A DNA stretch of 35,216 nucleotides from an uncultured Anaerolineales bacterium. Lineage in GTDB: Bacteria > Chloroflexota > Anaerolineae > B4-G1. The DNA lies in NCBI GenBank assembly GCA_964568065.1, contig CAZMOT010000020.1, positions 1-35,216 on the forward strand. The letters are read 5' to 3'. The first letter of the stretch is position 1. Each line of letters starts with the position of its first letter. The notes beneath the pieces were generated by a model that saw only the letters and a list, made by a program, of their open reading frames with translations, was not told the DNA's origin and did no database searches. A program made the translations under genes and the position numbers. Shown piece by piece: positions 8,759 through 20,642 of the stretch.

Positions 8759-10231
8759 ATGGGCTACAAGACTGAATGGTTCAAAGGGATCTTTCCGGCG
8801 CTGGTGACGCCGTTCAGTGCGGACGATAAACTGGACGAGGCGGCCTACCGCGAACTGATCCGCTTCGTACTGCCTCACGTAGACGGCGTGGTACCCTGCG
8901 GCACGACTGGCGAGTTCTCGTATATGACGCTGGAGGAGCGCAAGCGGGCCGTCGAGGTCTGCCTGGACGAGGTGAACGAGCGCGTGCCGGTGGTGGCCGG
9001 CACTGGCTGCACTTCCACCCGCGAGACGGTGGCGCTGACGCAGTGGGCCAGAGACGCAGGCGCGACCGGCGCGCTGGTCGTCGCTCCCTACTTCGTCACG
9101 CCCACCTGCAACGAGGTCTACGATCACTACAAAGCGGTGGATCGGGTGGGGCTGCCCATCGTGCTCTACAACATCCCGCAATGCGCTGGCACCCACTTCA
9201 AGTGGTGGACCGCCGAGGGCGGGCTCCTCGACTTTGACAACACCATCGGTATCAAGGATTCCTCCGGCGACCTGCCTTTCCTGGACGCCATGTTCGAGAA
9301 AGTCAAAGGAAAAGTGTCCATCTTCGTCGGCCACGACGAGGTAGTACAGCCCGCGTTTGCGGCGGGCGCCGACGGAGCCATCCTGGCTAGCGCCAATCTC
9401 ATCCCCGACGTCTGGCAGCGCGTCTACCGCGCCACGCAGGAAGGCGATCTGGAGACGGCACAACACTGGCAGCAGCGGGTACAGAAGCTGGTGCGCATCA
9501 TCGTGCGCTGTAGTTCCACCCAGGCCGTCAAAGAAGGCCTGCGCATGATGGGGATACCTGTCGGCGACTCGCGCCACCCGATTATGCCTGGCGGCGGCTT
9601 CAAGCGCGAGGACTATGAGGAGTTGCGCCTGCAATTGGAAGCGTTGGGCAAGATCGCCCCGGCCAACGTGGTCTACGACCTGGGTGAGCGACAGGTGGAG
9701 ACCCAGCTTCCAGCCACGCCGCAGACACCGCGCACGATCTCCGGCTTCACGCTGAAGGTGGGCGAGGGGTTCGCCGGGCCGCCGTTTCAGGAGCTGGCGC
9801 ACGTGGACCTGCTGCTAGGCCTGAAGGACGGTCCTGTGGGACGGGCCATTGAGCGCGCGATGGAAGAATGGGGAGAGGAGCGGGGTCTGCGGATCATCGT
9901 CGAGCGGCCGTGCACGTTGCTGGTTCCCACTGTGACCATCCGCACGGCCAAGCAGCGCCGCCTCTTCTACGAGCACGCCGCTGAGGGGGTTAACCTGGCC
10001 ATCCGGTTGAGCATCGAGGATGGCTTCTTGCCCGCAGCGATCCTGGACGATGTGGTGCTCATCGCCAACGTCTTTGTGCACCCGGCTGCATCCATCGCCA
10101 AGCGGGTGGAATTCAACAACTACAAGGCCACCCGTCACGCCATCCGCAAGGCATTGGAGGGCCGCCCTACGGTGGAGGAACTAATCCGCGAGAAAGCGGC
10201 GGCACGCCATCCCTTCCGCTACGCGCCGTAA
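8759..10231 (+). CDS. Second DapA-family aldolase::Fae-like fusion protein (tandem paralog)
   Basis: MGYKTEWFKGIFPALVTPF...CGTTGEFSYM...YNIPQ...IGIKDSSG. The C-terminus (LKVGEGFAGPPFQELAHVDLLLG...DDVVLIANVFVHPAASIAKRVEFNNYKATRHAIRKALEGRPTVEELIREKAAARHPF) matches Fae closely. Confidence 0.8.
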   Translation: MGYKTEWFKGIFPALVTPFSADDKLDEAAYRELIRFVLPHVDGVVPCGTTGEFSYMTLEERKRAVEVCLDEVNERVPVVAGTGCTSTRETVALTQWARDAGATGALVVAPYFVTPTCNEVYDHYKAVDRVGLPIVLYNIPQCAGTHFKWWTAEGGLLDFDNTIGIKDSSGDLPFLDAMFEKVKGKVSIFVGHDEVVQPAFAAGADGAILASANLIPDVWQRVYRATQEGDLETAQHWQQRVQKLVRIIVRCSSTQAVKEGLRMMGIPVGDSRHPIMPGGGFKREDYEELRLQLEALGKIAPANVVYDLGERQVETQLPATPQTPRTISGFTLKVGEGFAGPPFQELAHVDLLLGLKDGPVGRAIERAMEEWGEERGLRIIVERPCTLLVPTVTIRTAKQRRLFYEHAAEGVNLAIRLSIEDGFLPAAILDDVVLIANVFVHPAASIAKRVEFNNYKATRHAIRKALEGRPTVEELIREKAAARHPFRYAP

Positions 10232-11421
10232 GTTCAGCTAGCCAAGGGGCATTGCGATCCCTTCGGAGCGTGAGGATAGCCTAATGAGACATCTAACCCA
10301 TCTGGAGTGTTCTCTCTGTGGCAAGGAATACAAAGCCGATGAATTGCAAGGGACGTGCCCCGACTGCGCCCGCCCACTGCTGACTCGCTACGATCTGGCA
10401 TTGCTTCGGTCGCTGGACCGAGATGCGCTGATCACACACGAGCCCACGATGTGGCGCTACCGCGCGTTGCTGCCGGTGCGTGATGAGCGCGTAGTGGTGA
10501 GCCTGGGGGAGGGTTTCACGCCCCTGCTCCATGCCAGTCGGCTGGGCCAGGAACTGGGGCTGCCCCACCTGTACATCAAGGATGAGAGCCTCACCCCCAC
10601 TGGCTCCTTCAAAGCGCGGGGGCTGGCGGTGGCTATCTCCCGCGCGCGAGAACTGGGAGTCAGGGAGGTCGTCATCCCCTCGGCGGGCAACGCGGCCGGC
10701 GCGATGGCCGCCTACGCTGCCAGGGCCGGCCTGCGGGCCCACGTCTTTATGCCCACCGATGTCCCCGCCCCCTTCCGCCTCGAGTGCCGGGCGCTGGGCG
10801 CTGAGGTCACGCTGGTGGATGGCTTGATCACAGATTGTGGTAGGGAAGCGCGGAGAGGCGCAGAGCAGCACGGCTGGTTCGATCTCTCCACGCTTAAGGA
10901 GCCCTATCGCTTGGAGGGCAAAAAGACGATGGGCTACGAACTGGCCGAGCAGTTCGACTGGGAACTACCCGATGTGATCATCTACCCCACAGGCGGGGGC
11001 ACCGGCCTCATCGGGATGTGGAAGGCTTTCGGGGAGCTCGCTGAGCTGGGGTGGATCGGCGACCACCGCTCGCGCATGGTGACGGTGCAGTCCACGGGCT
11101 GCGCGCCCATCGTCCGCGCCTTTCACGCCGGTGAGGAGTTCGCCACACCCTGGGAAGGAGCCCAGACGGTGGCGGCCGGACTGAGGGTACCGGGTGCCGT
11201 GGGTGACTTCCTGATGCTGCGAGCCCTACGTGAGAGCAACGGCACCGCCGTCGCCGTCGCCGACGAGGCGCTGCTAGACGCACAAATGCGCATCTGCCGC
11301 CTCGAGGGCACCTTCGCCTGTCCCGAGGGCGGCGCCACGCTGGCCGCGCTGGAGGTGCTGCTGGCACAGGGTTGGATATCTCCTAACGAACACATCGTCC
11401 TGTTCAATACCGGCACCGGCC

Positions 11422-14020
<2,599 letters not shown>

Positions 14021-14034
14021 CGGTAGGAAACAGG

Positions 14035-14442
14035 TCTAGGAAACAGGTAGATCAGGAACGAATGTTTCGATCAATTCAATGAGGTCTCTGGCCCGCTTGA
14101 GATTGGCTTCCACTTCCTCACGGCCAGGCTTTGCTCCGAAGAAGGGATAGCGCTCTTGAATGTAATAGGCTGTGACACCTCAGCACAAAGGCGACGGAAT
14201 CTCTTCAGGCTCAGCTCATGCCTGGCAGCTTCTTCCAGAAGGGCTCTCAGGTCGTGAATACGCTCTAGTTTCCAACCCTTGGACAGAAGGAACGCCTTCA
14301 GGTACTTTTCCAAGGCCTGCTGGAGGTGAAAGGCTGCATCGGTGACGTCTCCCTCTGCCAGTCGCCTGGGCACACGCTGAAAGTCCTCCGCAGCGATTTG
14401 GAGCCAATCGGCCGGATATGTGGACTCTCCTTCAGCGGGCAT
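14035..14442 (-). pseudogene. HEPN-domain toxin (partner of the MNT), with a 1-nt frameshift
   Basis: Frame A (ORF 14071-14442) gives ...AFHLQQALEKYLKAFLL...RIHDLRALLEE...LCAEV. The true continuation ...YYIQERYPFFGAKPGREEVEANLKRARDLIELIETFVPDL is in another frame from ~14180 down to a TAG near 14035. Confidence 0.6.
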
Positions 14443-14758
14443 AGAGCACCTTTCTTTTTGTCAGGATTTCCTCAAAGAACTGATCGCCTTTGGTACGTCT
14501 TTCTTCCAGTTCGGTCGGGGTGAGCACTAGTGGTGAGAAAGGGATTGCCCCTACGATATCTGCCGCCAATTCACAAACCTCTGCCCAGCGTTTAGGGAAC
14601 GATTTGTCGGTTTCCTTCAAAATGAGAAGATCAATATCGCTGGCTGCGTCGGGCTCTCCGTACGCATGGGAGCCGAAGAGGATGATTCTCTCTGGTTGGT
14701 ATTCCGTGATCAGAACTCTGACGATCACTCTCAGTAGAGATTGAATGTCCTTTGCCAT
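14432..14758 (-). CDS. Minimal nucleotidyltransferase (MNT) antitoxin-type protein
   Basis: LFGSHAYGEPDAASDIDLLIL carries the GS...DxD polymerase-beta nucleotidyltransferase motif, 108 aa. Its start overlaps the PfkB stop. Confidence 0.75.
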   Translation of the reverse strand: MAKDIQSLLRVIVRVLITEYQPERIILFGSHAYGEPDAASDIDLLILKETDKSFPKRWAEVCELAADIVGAIPFSPLVLTPTELEERRTKGDQFFEEILTKRKVLYAR

Positions 14759-15723
14759 TACTCTCCCTCCCCAACCAACAGTGCATCGAGCATCCCTTCA
14801 TCGTTGAAAGACCGCCGGAAGCGAACGACGAATTCTGCCAAGGTGTAGTGGTGGCTTTGCGGGCCGGGCTGCTCCAGGGTGTAGGTGGCGGCCAGTGCGC
14901 CCACCCGCCCCGCCAGGTCCCAGGAAAGGCCCAGGGCCAGCCCTTTGATCAACCCGGCCCGGAAGGCATCGCCCACGCCGGTGGGGTCGTCAACACGCTG
15001 AGGGGGCACCGGCGAGATGTCATGGACAGCCTCGTCCACCCAGATGCGCGCCCCCTCCGCCCCCAGCGTGACGACGCAGGCGCGGGCCGGAGCGGAGCGG
15101 ATCGCCTCCGCGCTCAAGCCGGTCTTTTCCTGCAACATTCCGAACTCGTACTCGTTGACGACCAGTAGATCGCATCCTTCCAGCCCGGCCTGTAAGTCTT
15201 CGCCGGAGAGGCGGATGATCTGCTGGCTGGGGTCGTACAGATAGGGGAGGCCCAGCTCCCGGCACTCGGCGGTGTACTTCAGCATCGCCTCTGGGTCGTT
15301 GGGGGAGATGACGACCAGATCGGCCTCCAGGTCACAGAGAGACAAGGCGCGGGCGCGGGCCATGGCACCGGTGTAGAAACTGGCGATCTGGTTGCCATCC
15401 AGGTCGGTGTTGACGAAGAAGGAGGCGGTGAACAGGTCGAGTTCGTCGCGGGTGAGGGACGTGCCCACTCCGTGCTGCTCCAGCCAGGTGCGGTATTCGC
15501 CGAAATCCTGCCCCACGGTGCCCATCAGCCGGGGCCGCTCTCCCAGCAGCGCCAGGTTATAGGCGATATTGGCCGCGCATCCTCCCCGCTGCCGCCGCAT
15601 CTCGTCCACCAGGAAACTGACCGAGAGATGCTCGATCTGGTCGGGCAGGATGTGCTCGACGAAACGGCCCGGAAAGGTCATCAGGTAATCGTAGGCGATA
15701 GAGCCGGTGACGATGACGTTCAT
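14758..15723 (-). CDS. PfkB-family carbohydrate/nucleoside kinase (adenosine-kinase-like)
   Basis: MNVIVTGSIAYDY...GGCAANIAYNLALLG...TLGAEGA...DPTGVGDAFRAG is the ribokinase-superfamily signature. Start chosen at the GGAGGA RBS + ATG 15723. Confidence 0.75.
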   Translation of the reverse strand: MNVIVTGSIAYDYLMTFPGRFVEHILPDQIEHLSVSFLVDEMRRQRGGCAANIAYNLALLGERPRLMGTVGQDFGEYRTWLEQHGVGTSLTRDELDLFTASFFVNTDLDGNQIASFYTGAMARARALSLCDLEADLVVISPNDPEAMLKYTAECRELGLPYLYDPSQQIIRLSGEDLQAGLEGCDLLVVNEYEFGMLQEKTGLSAEAIRSAPARACVVTLGAEGARIWVDEAVHDISPVPPQRVDDPTGVGDAFRAGLIKGLALGLSWDLAGRVGALAATYTLEQPGPQSHHYTLAEFVVRFRRSFNDEGMLDALLVGEGE

Positions 15724-16451
15724 TCCTCCTCCTGTTTCTCCTCCTTGACAATCCGGCTCATCGGGAGCAGCCGGTCGCGTATGATGACTTTCAATGCCCA
15801 CAGTCCATCCCACGGGCGGATCTTCTTCCCCTCGGCGATGGTGCGCGGGCGGTAGGTGATCGGCACTTCTACGATCTCGTACCCGGCCCGCAGAATCTTG
15901 TCGGTCAGTTCAAAGTCCAGGTCGAACCCCGAGCCGGTCAGGTTGAGCGACTTCAGGACGTCCACTCGCACCATCTTAGCGGCGGTCGCTACATCTGTCA
16001 AGCTGGCACCGTGAAGGATATTGGTCAGCCAGGTGAGTAAACGAACCCCCAGGTAGTTGGCCAAGTACTTGTAGACCACCCGCCCACCCAGGATACGGGA
16101 GCCGTAGATGGCGGCGGGATGGCCGTTGGCGACCTGCTCCAGGAACAGGGGATAATCCGCCGGGTCGTATTCCAGATCGGCGTCCTGGATGATGGCATAG
16201 TCGCCGGTGCAGTGGGCGATGCCGGTGCGGACCGAAGCTCCCTTACCCAGATTGCGCGGATGGAAGATTACCTGCACGTCCGGCATGGCCAGTTTCTGCA
16301 AAAGTTCCCGTGTCCCGTCGATGGAGAAGTTGTCCACGACGATGATCTCTTTTTCCCACCCCGGTCCTATGTCCACCGCCCGGACGCTGTCTAGGACGGT
16401 CAGAATTGAGTCTCTTTCGTTATAGGTGCAAGTGATAGTGGATAGTTTCAT
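15720..16451 (-). CDS. GT2 glycosyltransferase, polyprenyl-phosphate sugar synthase (Dpm1/GtrB-like)
   Basis: MKLSTITCTYNERDSILTV...IIVVDNFSIDGT...YAIIQDADLEYDP, with the DxD motif. Confidence 0.75.
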   Translation of the reverse strand: MKLSTITCTYNERDSILTVLDSVRAVDIGPGWEKEIIVVDNFSIDGTRELLQKLAMPDVQVIFHPRNLGKGASVRTGIAHCTGDYAIIQDADLEYDPADYPLFLEQVANGHPAAIYGSRILGGRVVYKYLANYLGVRLLTWLTNILHGASLTDVATAAKMVRVDVLKSLNLTGSGFDLDFELTDKILRAGYEIVEVPITYRPRTIAEGKKIRPWDGLWALKVIIRDRLLPMSRIVKEEKQEEE

Positions 16452-16456
16452 GTGGA

Positions 16457-16477
16457 TTGCGAATTGCGAACTACGAA
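16457..16477. repeat. Heptamer triplet TTGCGAA TTGCGAA CTACGAA in the 19-nt gap between the rfbH-like stop and the GT2 start
   Basis: Read directly from the sequence. Confidence 0.7.
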
Positions 16478-17796
16478 TGGGCTCGGAAACAGTCGGCAAA
16501 GGCTTCCAGCACATAGGCGATGCGCGTGTCATCCAGGCCGGGGTAGACGCCGACGAAGAAGGTGGAGCGGAGAACAAGGTCCGAGTTGGGCAGTTCGCCC
16601 ACGGTACGGTGCTCAATATGGCGATAACCGGGCTGCCGGATGATGTTGCCTGCAAAGAGCAGCCGTGTCTCGACGCTTCTTCCCTCCAGCCAGCTTATCA
16701 GCTCGCGCCGCGTGAAAGGGACGCCAGGACGGACGGTGATGGGGAAGGCAAACCAGGAAGGGTCGGCCCGCTCGCTCCACACTGGCAGGATCAAGAGTTC
16801 TTCGTAGGGCTTCAGCCCCTCGTAGAGGCGGGCAAAGTTGCGTTGACGGGCAGCAACAAAGTCTGACAGTTTGTCCAACTGAGACAGTCCGATGGCAGCC
16901 TGTACGTCGGTCATCTTCAGGTTGTAGCCGACCTCTGTGTATAGATAGCGATGATCGTAGGGCTCCTCCAGGCCGGGGATCTCCCACTCAAACCGCCGCC
17001 CGCACGCGCCGGTGGGTGGACTGTCGTGGCGGCACCGGCAATCACGCCCCCAGTCCCGCACGCTCTGGGCGATGTGGGCCAATTGGGGATCATCGGTGAG
17101 CACTGCGCCTCCCTCGCCGGTGGTGATGTGATGGGCGGGGTAGAAACTCAGGGTTGCCAGGTCGCCGAAGGTGCCGACCATCTGGCCATCGTAGGTGCTT
17201 CCCAGCGCGTCGCAGGTGTCCTCGATGACGTAGAGATCGTGGGTGCGGGCGAATTCCATCACCGGCTCCATCTCCACCGGGTTGCCCAGTGTGTGGGCGA
17301 AGAAGAGGGCGCGCGTGCGGTTGGACAGGGCCGGCTCCAATTGTGCGGGATCCAGGTTGTACGTCCCCAGTTGGCAATCCACGAACACCGGCACCAGGCC
17401 GTTCTGCACGATGGGGGCAACGGTGGTAGGAAAGCCTACCGCCGGGGTGATAACTTCGTCACCTGGCTCCAGCGGCCGCTCTAGGCGATGGGAGCGGAGG
17501 GTAGTCACGACGACGAGGTTAGCCGAGGAGCCGGAATTGACTGCCAGCGCATGGCGCACACCGACACACTCTGCCAGCCGGTGCTCGAATGTCTCGGCGT
17601 TGGGGCCGGCCGTGAGCCAGAAGTCGAGGCAGGCATCCACGGCGGCCGTTAGTTCCCGTTCGTCGTAGACTCGGCCAGCGTAGTGGATGCGGCTCTCTCC
17701 CGGCACGAAAGGGGCTGGCGTGTGGGCCTGCTGGGCATAGAGGGTCACCAGGTCAAGGATCTGGCGACGGAGAGTGTTGGCCTCAGAATCGGTCAT
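16471..17796 (-). CDS. DegT/DnrJ/EryC1-family PLP/PMP sugar-modifying enzyme, RfbH/DdhC-like (CDP-4-keto-6-deoxyglucose 3-dehydratase-like)
   Basis: 441 aa, typical RfbH length and fold motifs (AVNSGSSANL, IEDTCDALGS, HHITTGEGG), with a Cys-rich segment CRCRHDSPPTGACG. Confidence 0.65.
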   Translation of the reverse strand: MTDSEANTLRRQILDLVTLYAQQAHTPAPFVPGESRIHYAGRVYDERELTAAVDACLDFWLTAGPNAETFEHRLAECVGVRHALAVNSGSSANLVVVTTLRSHRLERPLEPGDEVITPAVGFPTTVAPIVQNGLVPVFVDCQLGTYNLDPAQLEPALSNRTRALFFAHTLGNPVEMEPVMEFARTHDLYVIEDTCDALGSTYDGQMVGTFGDLATLSFYPAHHITTGEGGAVLTDDPQLAHIAQSVRDWGRDCRCRHDSPPTGACGRRFEWEIPGLEEPYDHRYLYTEVGYNLKMTDVQAAIGLSQLDKLSDFVAARQRNFARLYEGLKPYEELLILPVWSERADPSWFAFPITVRPGVPFTRRELISWLEGRSVETRLLFAGNIIRQPGYRHIEHRTVGELPNSDLVLRSTFFVGVYPGLDDTRIAYVLEAFADCFRAHS

Positions 17797-17875
17797 AGTC
17801 TAATCTCCGACTTGGTGACGTTAGGTTTGGAGATTGTCGGCAGAACTGCAATGTCATGCCGGCTCAAAGGACCCC

Positions 17876-18096
17876 AGAGGGATTTCCATTGACCTGAAGG
17901 TTTCCTTTTCGCTCAGCATAGCCTCGATCTCTTTCAGCACGTGGGCTTTGTAATACCGTTCTCCACACTGGTCGCATACACCGGCGGGAACATTCTCCAC
18001 AATAGCCACCAGTTGATCGCCTCACCAGCATGCTTTGGTCACCAACCGTTCTTGCACTCTCCCACCACAAAAGGTGCAGTCGTCGTATTCAGCCAT
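17876..18096 (-). pseudogene. YgiT-type zinc-finger (MqsA-like) antitoxin with an in-frame TGA
   Basis: MAEYDDCTFCGGRVQERLVTKACW-TGA-GDQLVAIVENVPAGVCDQCGERYYKAHVLKEIEAMLSEKE, all in one frame. RBS AGGAGG upstream. The TGA is at plus 18022-18024. Confidence 0.6.
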
Positions 18097-18114
18097 CTCT
18101 TACCTCCTTGCTCT

Positions 18115-18672
18115 TGTCCGAGCGTCAAGCCACTTGGGCAGCGAAGGTATATACACAGTGATGATCCGCAACGTTCCTTGGGGAGACCTGCCGCACACCA
18201 CATGAATGGGGTAACCTGTAACCCCGTAGCCCAGGATAAGACAACTAGGCCCTCTCGGATCGTTAGGCGCTTATAGCGCCGACAGCGACAAAATTTTGTC
18301 GATAAGTGCAAACCATTGCACTCCAAGCGCCCTCTTGGCAACTGCCCCGAAGGGGCCTCATTTTCCGGGCGCAGTCCCGGACAATGCGTAGTGCCTAAAC
18401 ACTGAAATTCTTGTACATTGAGCAAGAATTTTAACGCAGAGCCGCAAAGTCGCAGAGGGTTTTCCTTCTTTGCGTCTCTGCATCTTGGCGTCTTTGCGTT
18501 GAATCCTTTTTGGTTCCGGTTCGTCCGGGTTGGGATAACTTTTGAGAATCTCCGCGTCAAGCAAAGCACGTTCCGCGTCAGCAATCAGTATCCTGTCGGC
18601 CTGGCGCTCTCGCTCTGCGTGTTCGGAGAATTCGTACTCTCCTGCCTGCACCTGAGTTCGAATCGAATCCAA
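18115..18672 (-). pseudogene. DUF4258-family toxin split into an N-fragment (18507-18672) and a C-fragment (18115-18264) by a ~240-bp insertion
   Basis: N: MDSIRTQVQAGEYEFSEHAERERQADRILIADAERALLDAEILKSYPN... C (other frame): ...DPRGPSCLILGYGVTGYPIHVVCGRSPQGTLRIITVYIPSLPKWLDARTRARR*. Both parts match the DUF4258 consensus. The stop overlaps the YgiT RBS. Confidence 0.6.
18265..18506. repeat. Hairpin-dense ~240-bp insertion (MITE-like or small structured RNA) interrupting the DUF4258 toxin gene
   Basis: At least seven perfect hairpins: GGCGCttataGCGCC, CGACAAaattTTGTCG, GTGCAAaccaTTGCAC, GCCCCgaaGGGGC, CCGGGcgcagtCCCGG, AAATTCTTGtacattgagCAAGAATTT, GCAGAG...CTCTGC. No coding potential. Confidence 0.5.
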
Positions 18673-18703
18673 TCCAGTTCTATGTGATCTTTGCGCTCAG
18701 ACA

Positions 18704-19654
18704 TTAGTGGGGTTCCCCCTGCACCCAGACTATTGTACGCCTCAATCCTTCCTCCAGCCCCACCCGCGCCCGCCAGCCGGTCAGCCGGGCCGTGAGGTCG
18801 GCGTCGGCGGCCAGGTGCATGACCTCGCCGGGGCGGTAGGAGAGGGCCCCCACCAGGATGCGTCCCTGTGCCTCTGTCATTTCCCAGATACGTTCCACTG
18901 CTTGGCGAACCAAACAGGTTTGTCCTGTACCCAGGTCTATACTCTCTCCTCCAATGCCGGGCGCGGTCGTCGAGGCCAGAAGTGCCTCCACTACGTCTTC
19001 CACGTAGATGAAGTCACGCCTCTGCTCCCCCGGCGTCATCGGGAAGTCCTCTCCGGCCAGGGCCGCGCGGATGGCGGCGGGCACCAGCATGTGCACCGGC
19101 TGTCCTGGCCCATACACCTGGAAGGGCCGCGCAGTGACGACGGGCAGGCCGTGTGCTCGCCAGTACATCCGCCCAAAGGCCCAGGCAGCTACCTTGGAGG
19201 CAGCGTAGGCGTTGAAGGGGTCAAGCCCCTCCGCACCCTCGCGTGCTCCGTATTCGTAGCTAGTGCCGACGAGCACCACGCACCGAACGTTCCGCCCCCG
19301 CAGCGCCTCCAGCAGATGTAGCGTACCGCCGGTGTTCACTGCCAGTGCAGCCAGCGGTTCGATGCCGGGGTCGGTGACGCCGGCGGCAGCCAGGTGGAAT
19401 ACGACCTGCGGCGCGGCCTCGGATGCGGCGGCTTGCACTGCTCCGGCATCGCGGATGTCAAAGATCAGTCGTTGAGCCTGCCCAGGCAGCCCTGCGACAC
19501 GTTCGGGCTTTTCATCGGGAGCCACCCCCGCACAAACCCGTGCCCCGGCTTCCACCAGCCACTGCACAAGACGCTGGCCGATAAAGCCCGTGGCTCCGGT
19601 GACGAGGACGCGCTTGCCCGCCCAATCTACCGACTCAGAAACTCCCGATACCAT
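18704..19654 (-). CDS. NAD-dependent epimerase/dehydratase (SDR; CDP-sugar 4-reductase/epimerase-like, RfbJ/RfbS/RfbE-like)
   Basis: VLVTGATGFIGQRLV Rossmann motif, YAASK catalytic dyad, 316 aa. Adjacent to the rfbG/rfbF homologs. Confidence 0.7.
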   Translation of the reverse strand: MVSGVSESVDWAGKRVLVTGATGFIGQRLVQWLVEAGARVCAGVAPDEKPERVAGLPGQAQRLIFDIRDAGAVQAAASEAAPQVVFHLAAAGVTDPGIEPLAALAVNTGGTLHLLEALRGRNVRCVVLVGTSYEYGAREGAEGLDPFNAYAASKVAAWAFGRMYWRAHGLPVVTARPFQVYGPGQPVHMLVPAAIRAALAGEDFPMTPGEQRRDFIYVEDVVEALLASTTAPGIGGESIDLGTGQTCLVRQAVERIWEMTEAQGRILVGALSYRPGEVMHLAADADLTARLTGWRARVGLEEGLRRTIVWVQGEPH

Positions 19655-20634
19655 TCCAGCGTCTCCCGCAGCCCCTCCTCGAGCGCATAGCGGGGCGTCC
19701 AGCCCAACGCGCTGCGGGCCTTGCTGCTATCCAGGTACTGGGCTTGAATCTCATTCGGTGCGTCGTTCAGAACTACCGGCTCCAACTCCGGGTGGCCGGA
19801 GACCGCGATGATGGCCTGCACCATTTCCATGACCGACTTGGGGTCATCCATCCCAAAGTTAAACGCTTCCCCCCTCATCCCCGGCTCGTCCAGGCGCTCG
19901 GCCAGCGTCAGGTAGGCATGGACGGCGTCCTGAATGTAGAGATAGTCGCGCAAGAGGGTGCCGTCGGAACGGACGATGGGACGCTCGCCTCGAATGAGGC
20001 TGCGCATCGTGCCGGGAACGATGCGGTTCCAGTTCAGATCGCCGCCGCCGTAGAAGTTGGCGAAGCGAGAAACGGCGACTGGTAGGTCGTAGGTAACGAA
20101 GTAGGCACGGGTGATGAGATCGGCGCAGGCTTTAGATACGTCGTAGGGATAACAGCCTAGTAAGGGGGCATCCTCAGTGTAGGGCAGTTTCTCCTGCTCG
20201 CCGTAGGCCTTGTCAGAGGAGGCGACCACCACGCGTGCGATCCTGGGCGAACGCCGGGCCGCCTCCAGCACTGTCCAGGTGCCCTTGATATTGGTCTCGA
20301 AGGTGGAGAGAGGAGCCCGGTTGGCGATGGGGACGATGGTCTGGGCTGCCAGGTGGAAGATGGTGTCGATCTCGTACTCGTTGAGCACTCGCTCAATGAA
20401 GAAGTAATCGCTCGCGTCACCGCGCACGACGACGATGCGGTCCTGGTAGCCCGACCTGCGTAGGTGGGAGAAGGGTACCTCGTCGCGGATCAGGCCAACG
20501 ACGTCGGCCCCCGCCTCGACCAGGGCGATGGTCAGCCAGGAACCTAGAAGGCCGGCACAGCCAGTAACGAAGACGGAACGGTCTAGCCAGAAGGAGTGCG
20601 GACTGCGAACCGGAGGTTGCGAGTTATGGGCCAT
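19627..20634 (-). CDS. rfbG: CDP-glucose 4,6-dehydratase (RfbG/DdhB-like)
   Basis: SFWLDRSVFVTGCAGLLGSWL...SSDKAYGE...YDVSK, ~335 aa, the typical RfbG N-terminus. The start could also be 20661. Confidence 0.75.
   Translation of the reverse strand: MAHNSQPPVRSPHSFWLDRSVFVTGCAGLLGSWLTIALVEAGADVVGLIRDEVPFSHLRRSGYQDRIVVVRGDASDYFFIERVLNEYEIDTIFHLAAQTIVPIANRAPLSTFETNIKGTWTVLEAARRSPRIARVVVASSDKAYGEQEKLPYTEDAPLLGCYPYDVSKACADLITRAYFVTYDLPVAVSRFANFYGGGDLNWNRIVPGTMRSLIRGERPIVRSDGTLLRDYLYIQDAVHAYLTLAERLDEPGMRGEAFNFGMDDPKSVMEMVQAIIAVSGHPELEPVVLNDAPNEIQAQYLDSSKARSALGWTPRYALEEGLRETLEWYREFLSR
20597..20627. repeat. GCGGACT GCGAACC ... TTGCGAG heptamer-like repeats just inside the rfbG 5' end
   Basis: Shares the 11-mer TGCGGACTGCG with 421-431 (GT39 5' end). 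Confidence 0.5.
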
Positions 20635-20642
20635 GGAGTTTC

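Noticed and set aside
8474-9802. 442-aa minus-strand ORF overlapping both aldolase-Fae genes, and 7312-8436 minus
   Set aside because: Arg/Gly/Ala-rich reverse-frame artefacts opposite strongly homologous plus-strand genes.
18130-18510. Group I or group II intron inside the toxin gene
   Set aside because: Too short for group II, and no GUGYG...AY boundaries. Group I cannot be excluded without covariance models, but there are no obvious P7/ΩG hallmarks, so the insertion is reported as MITE-like or a structured element.
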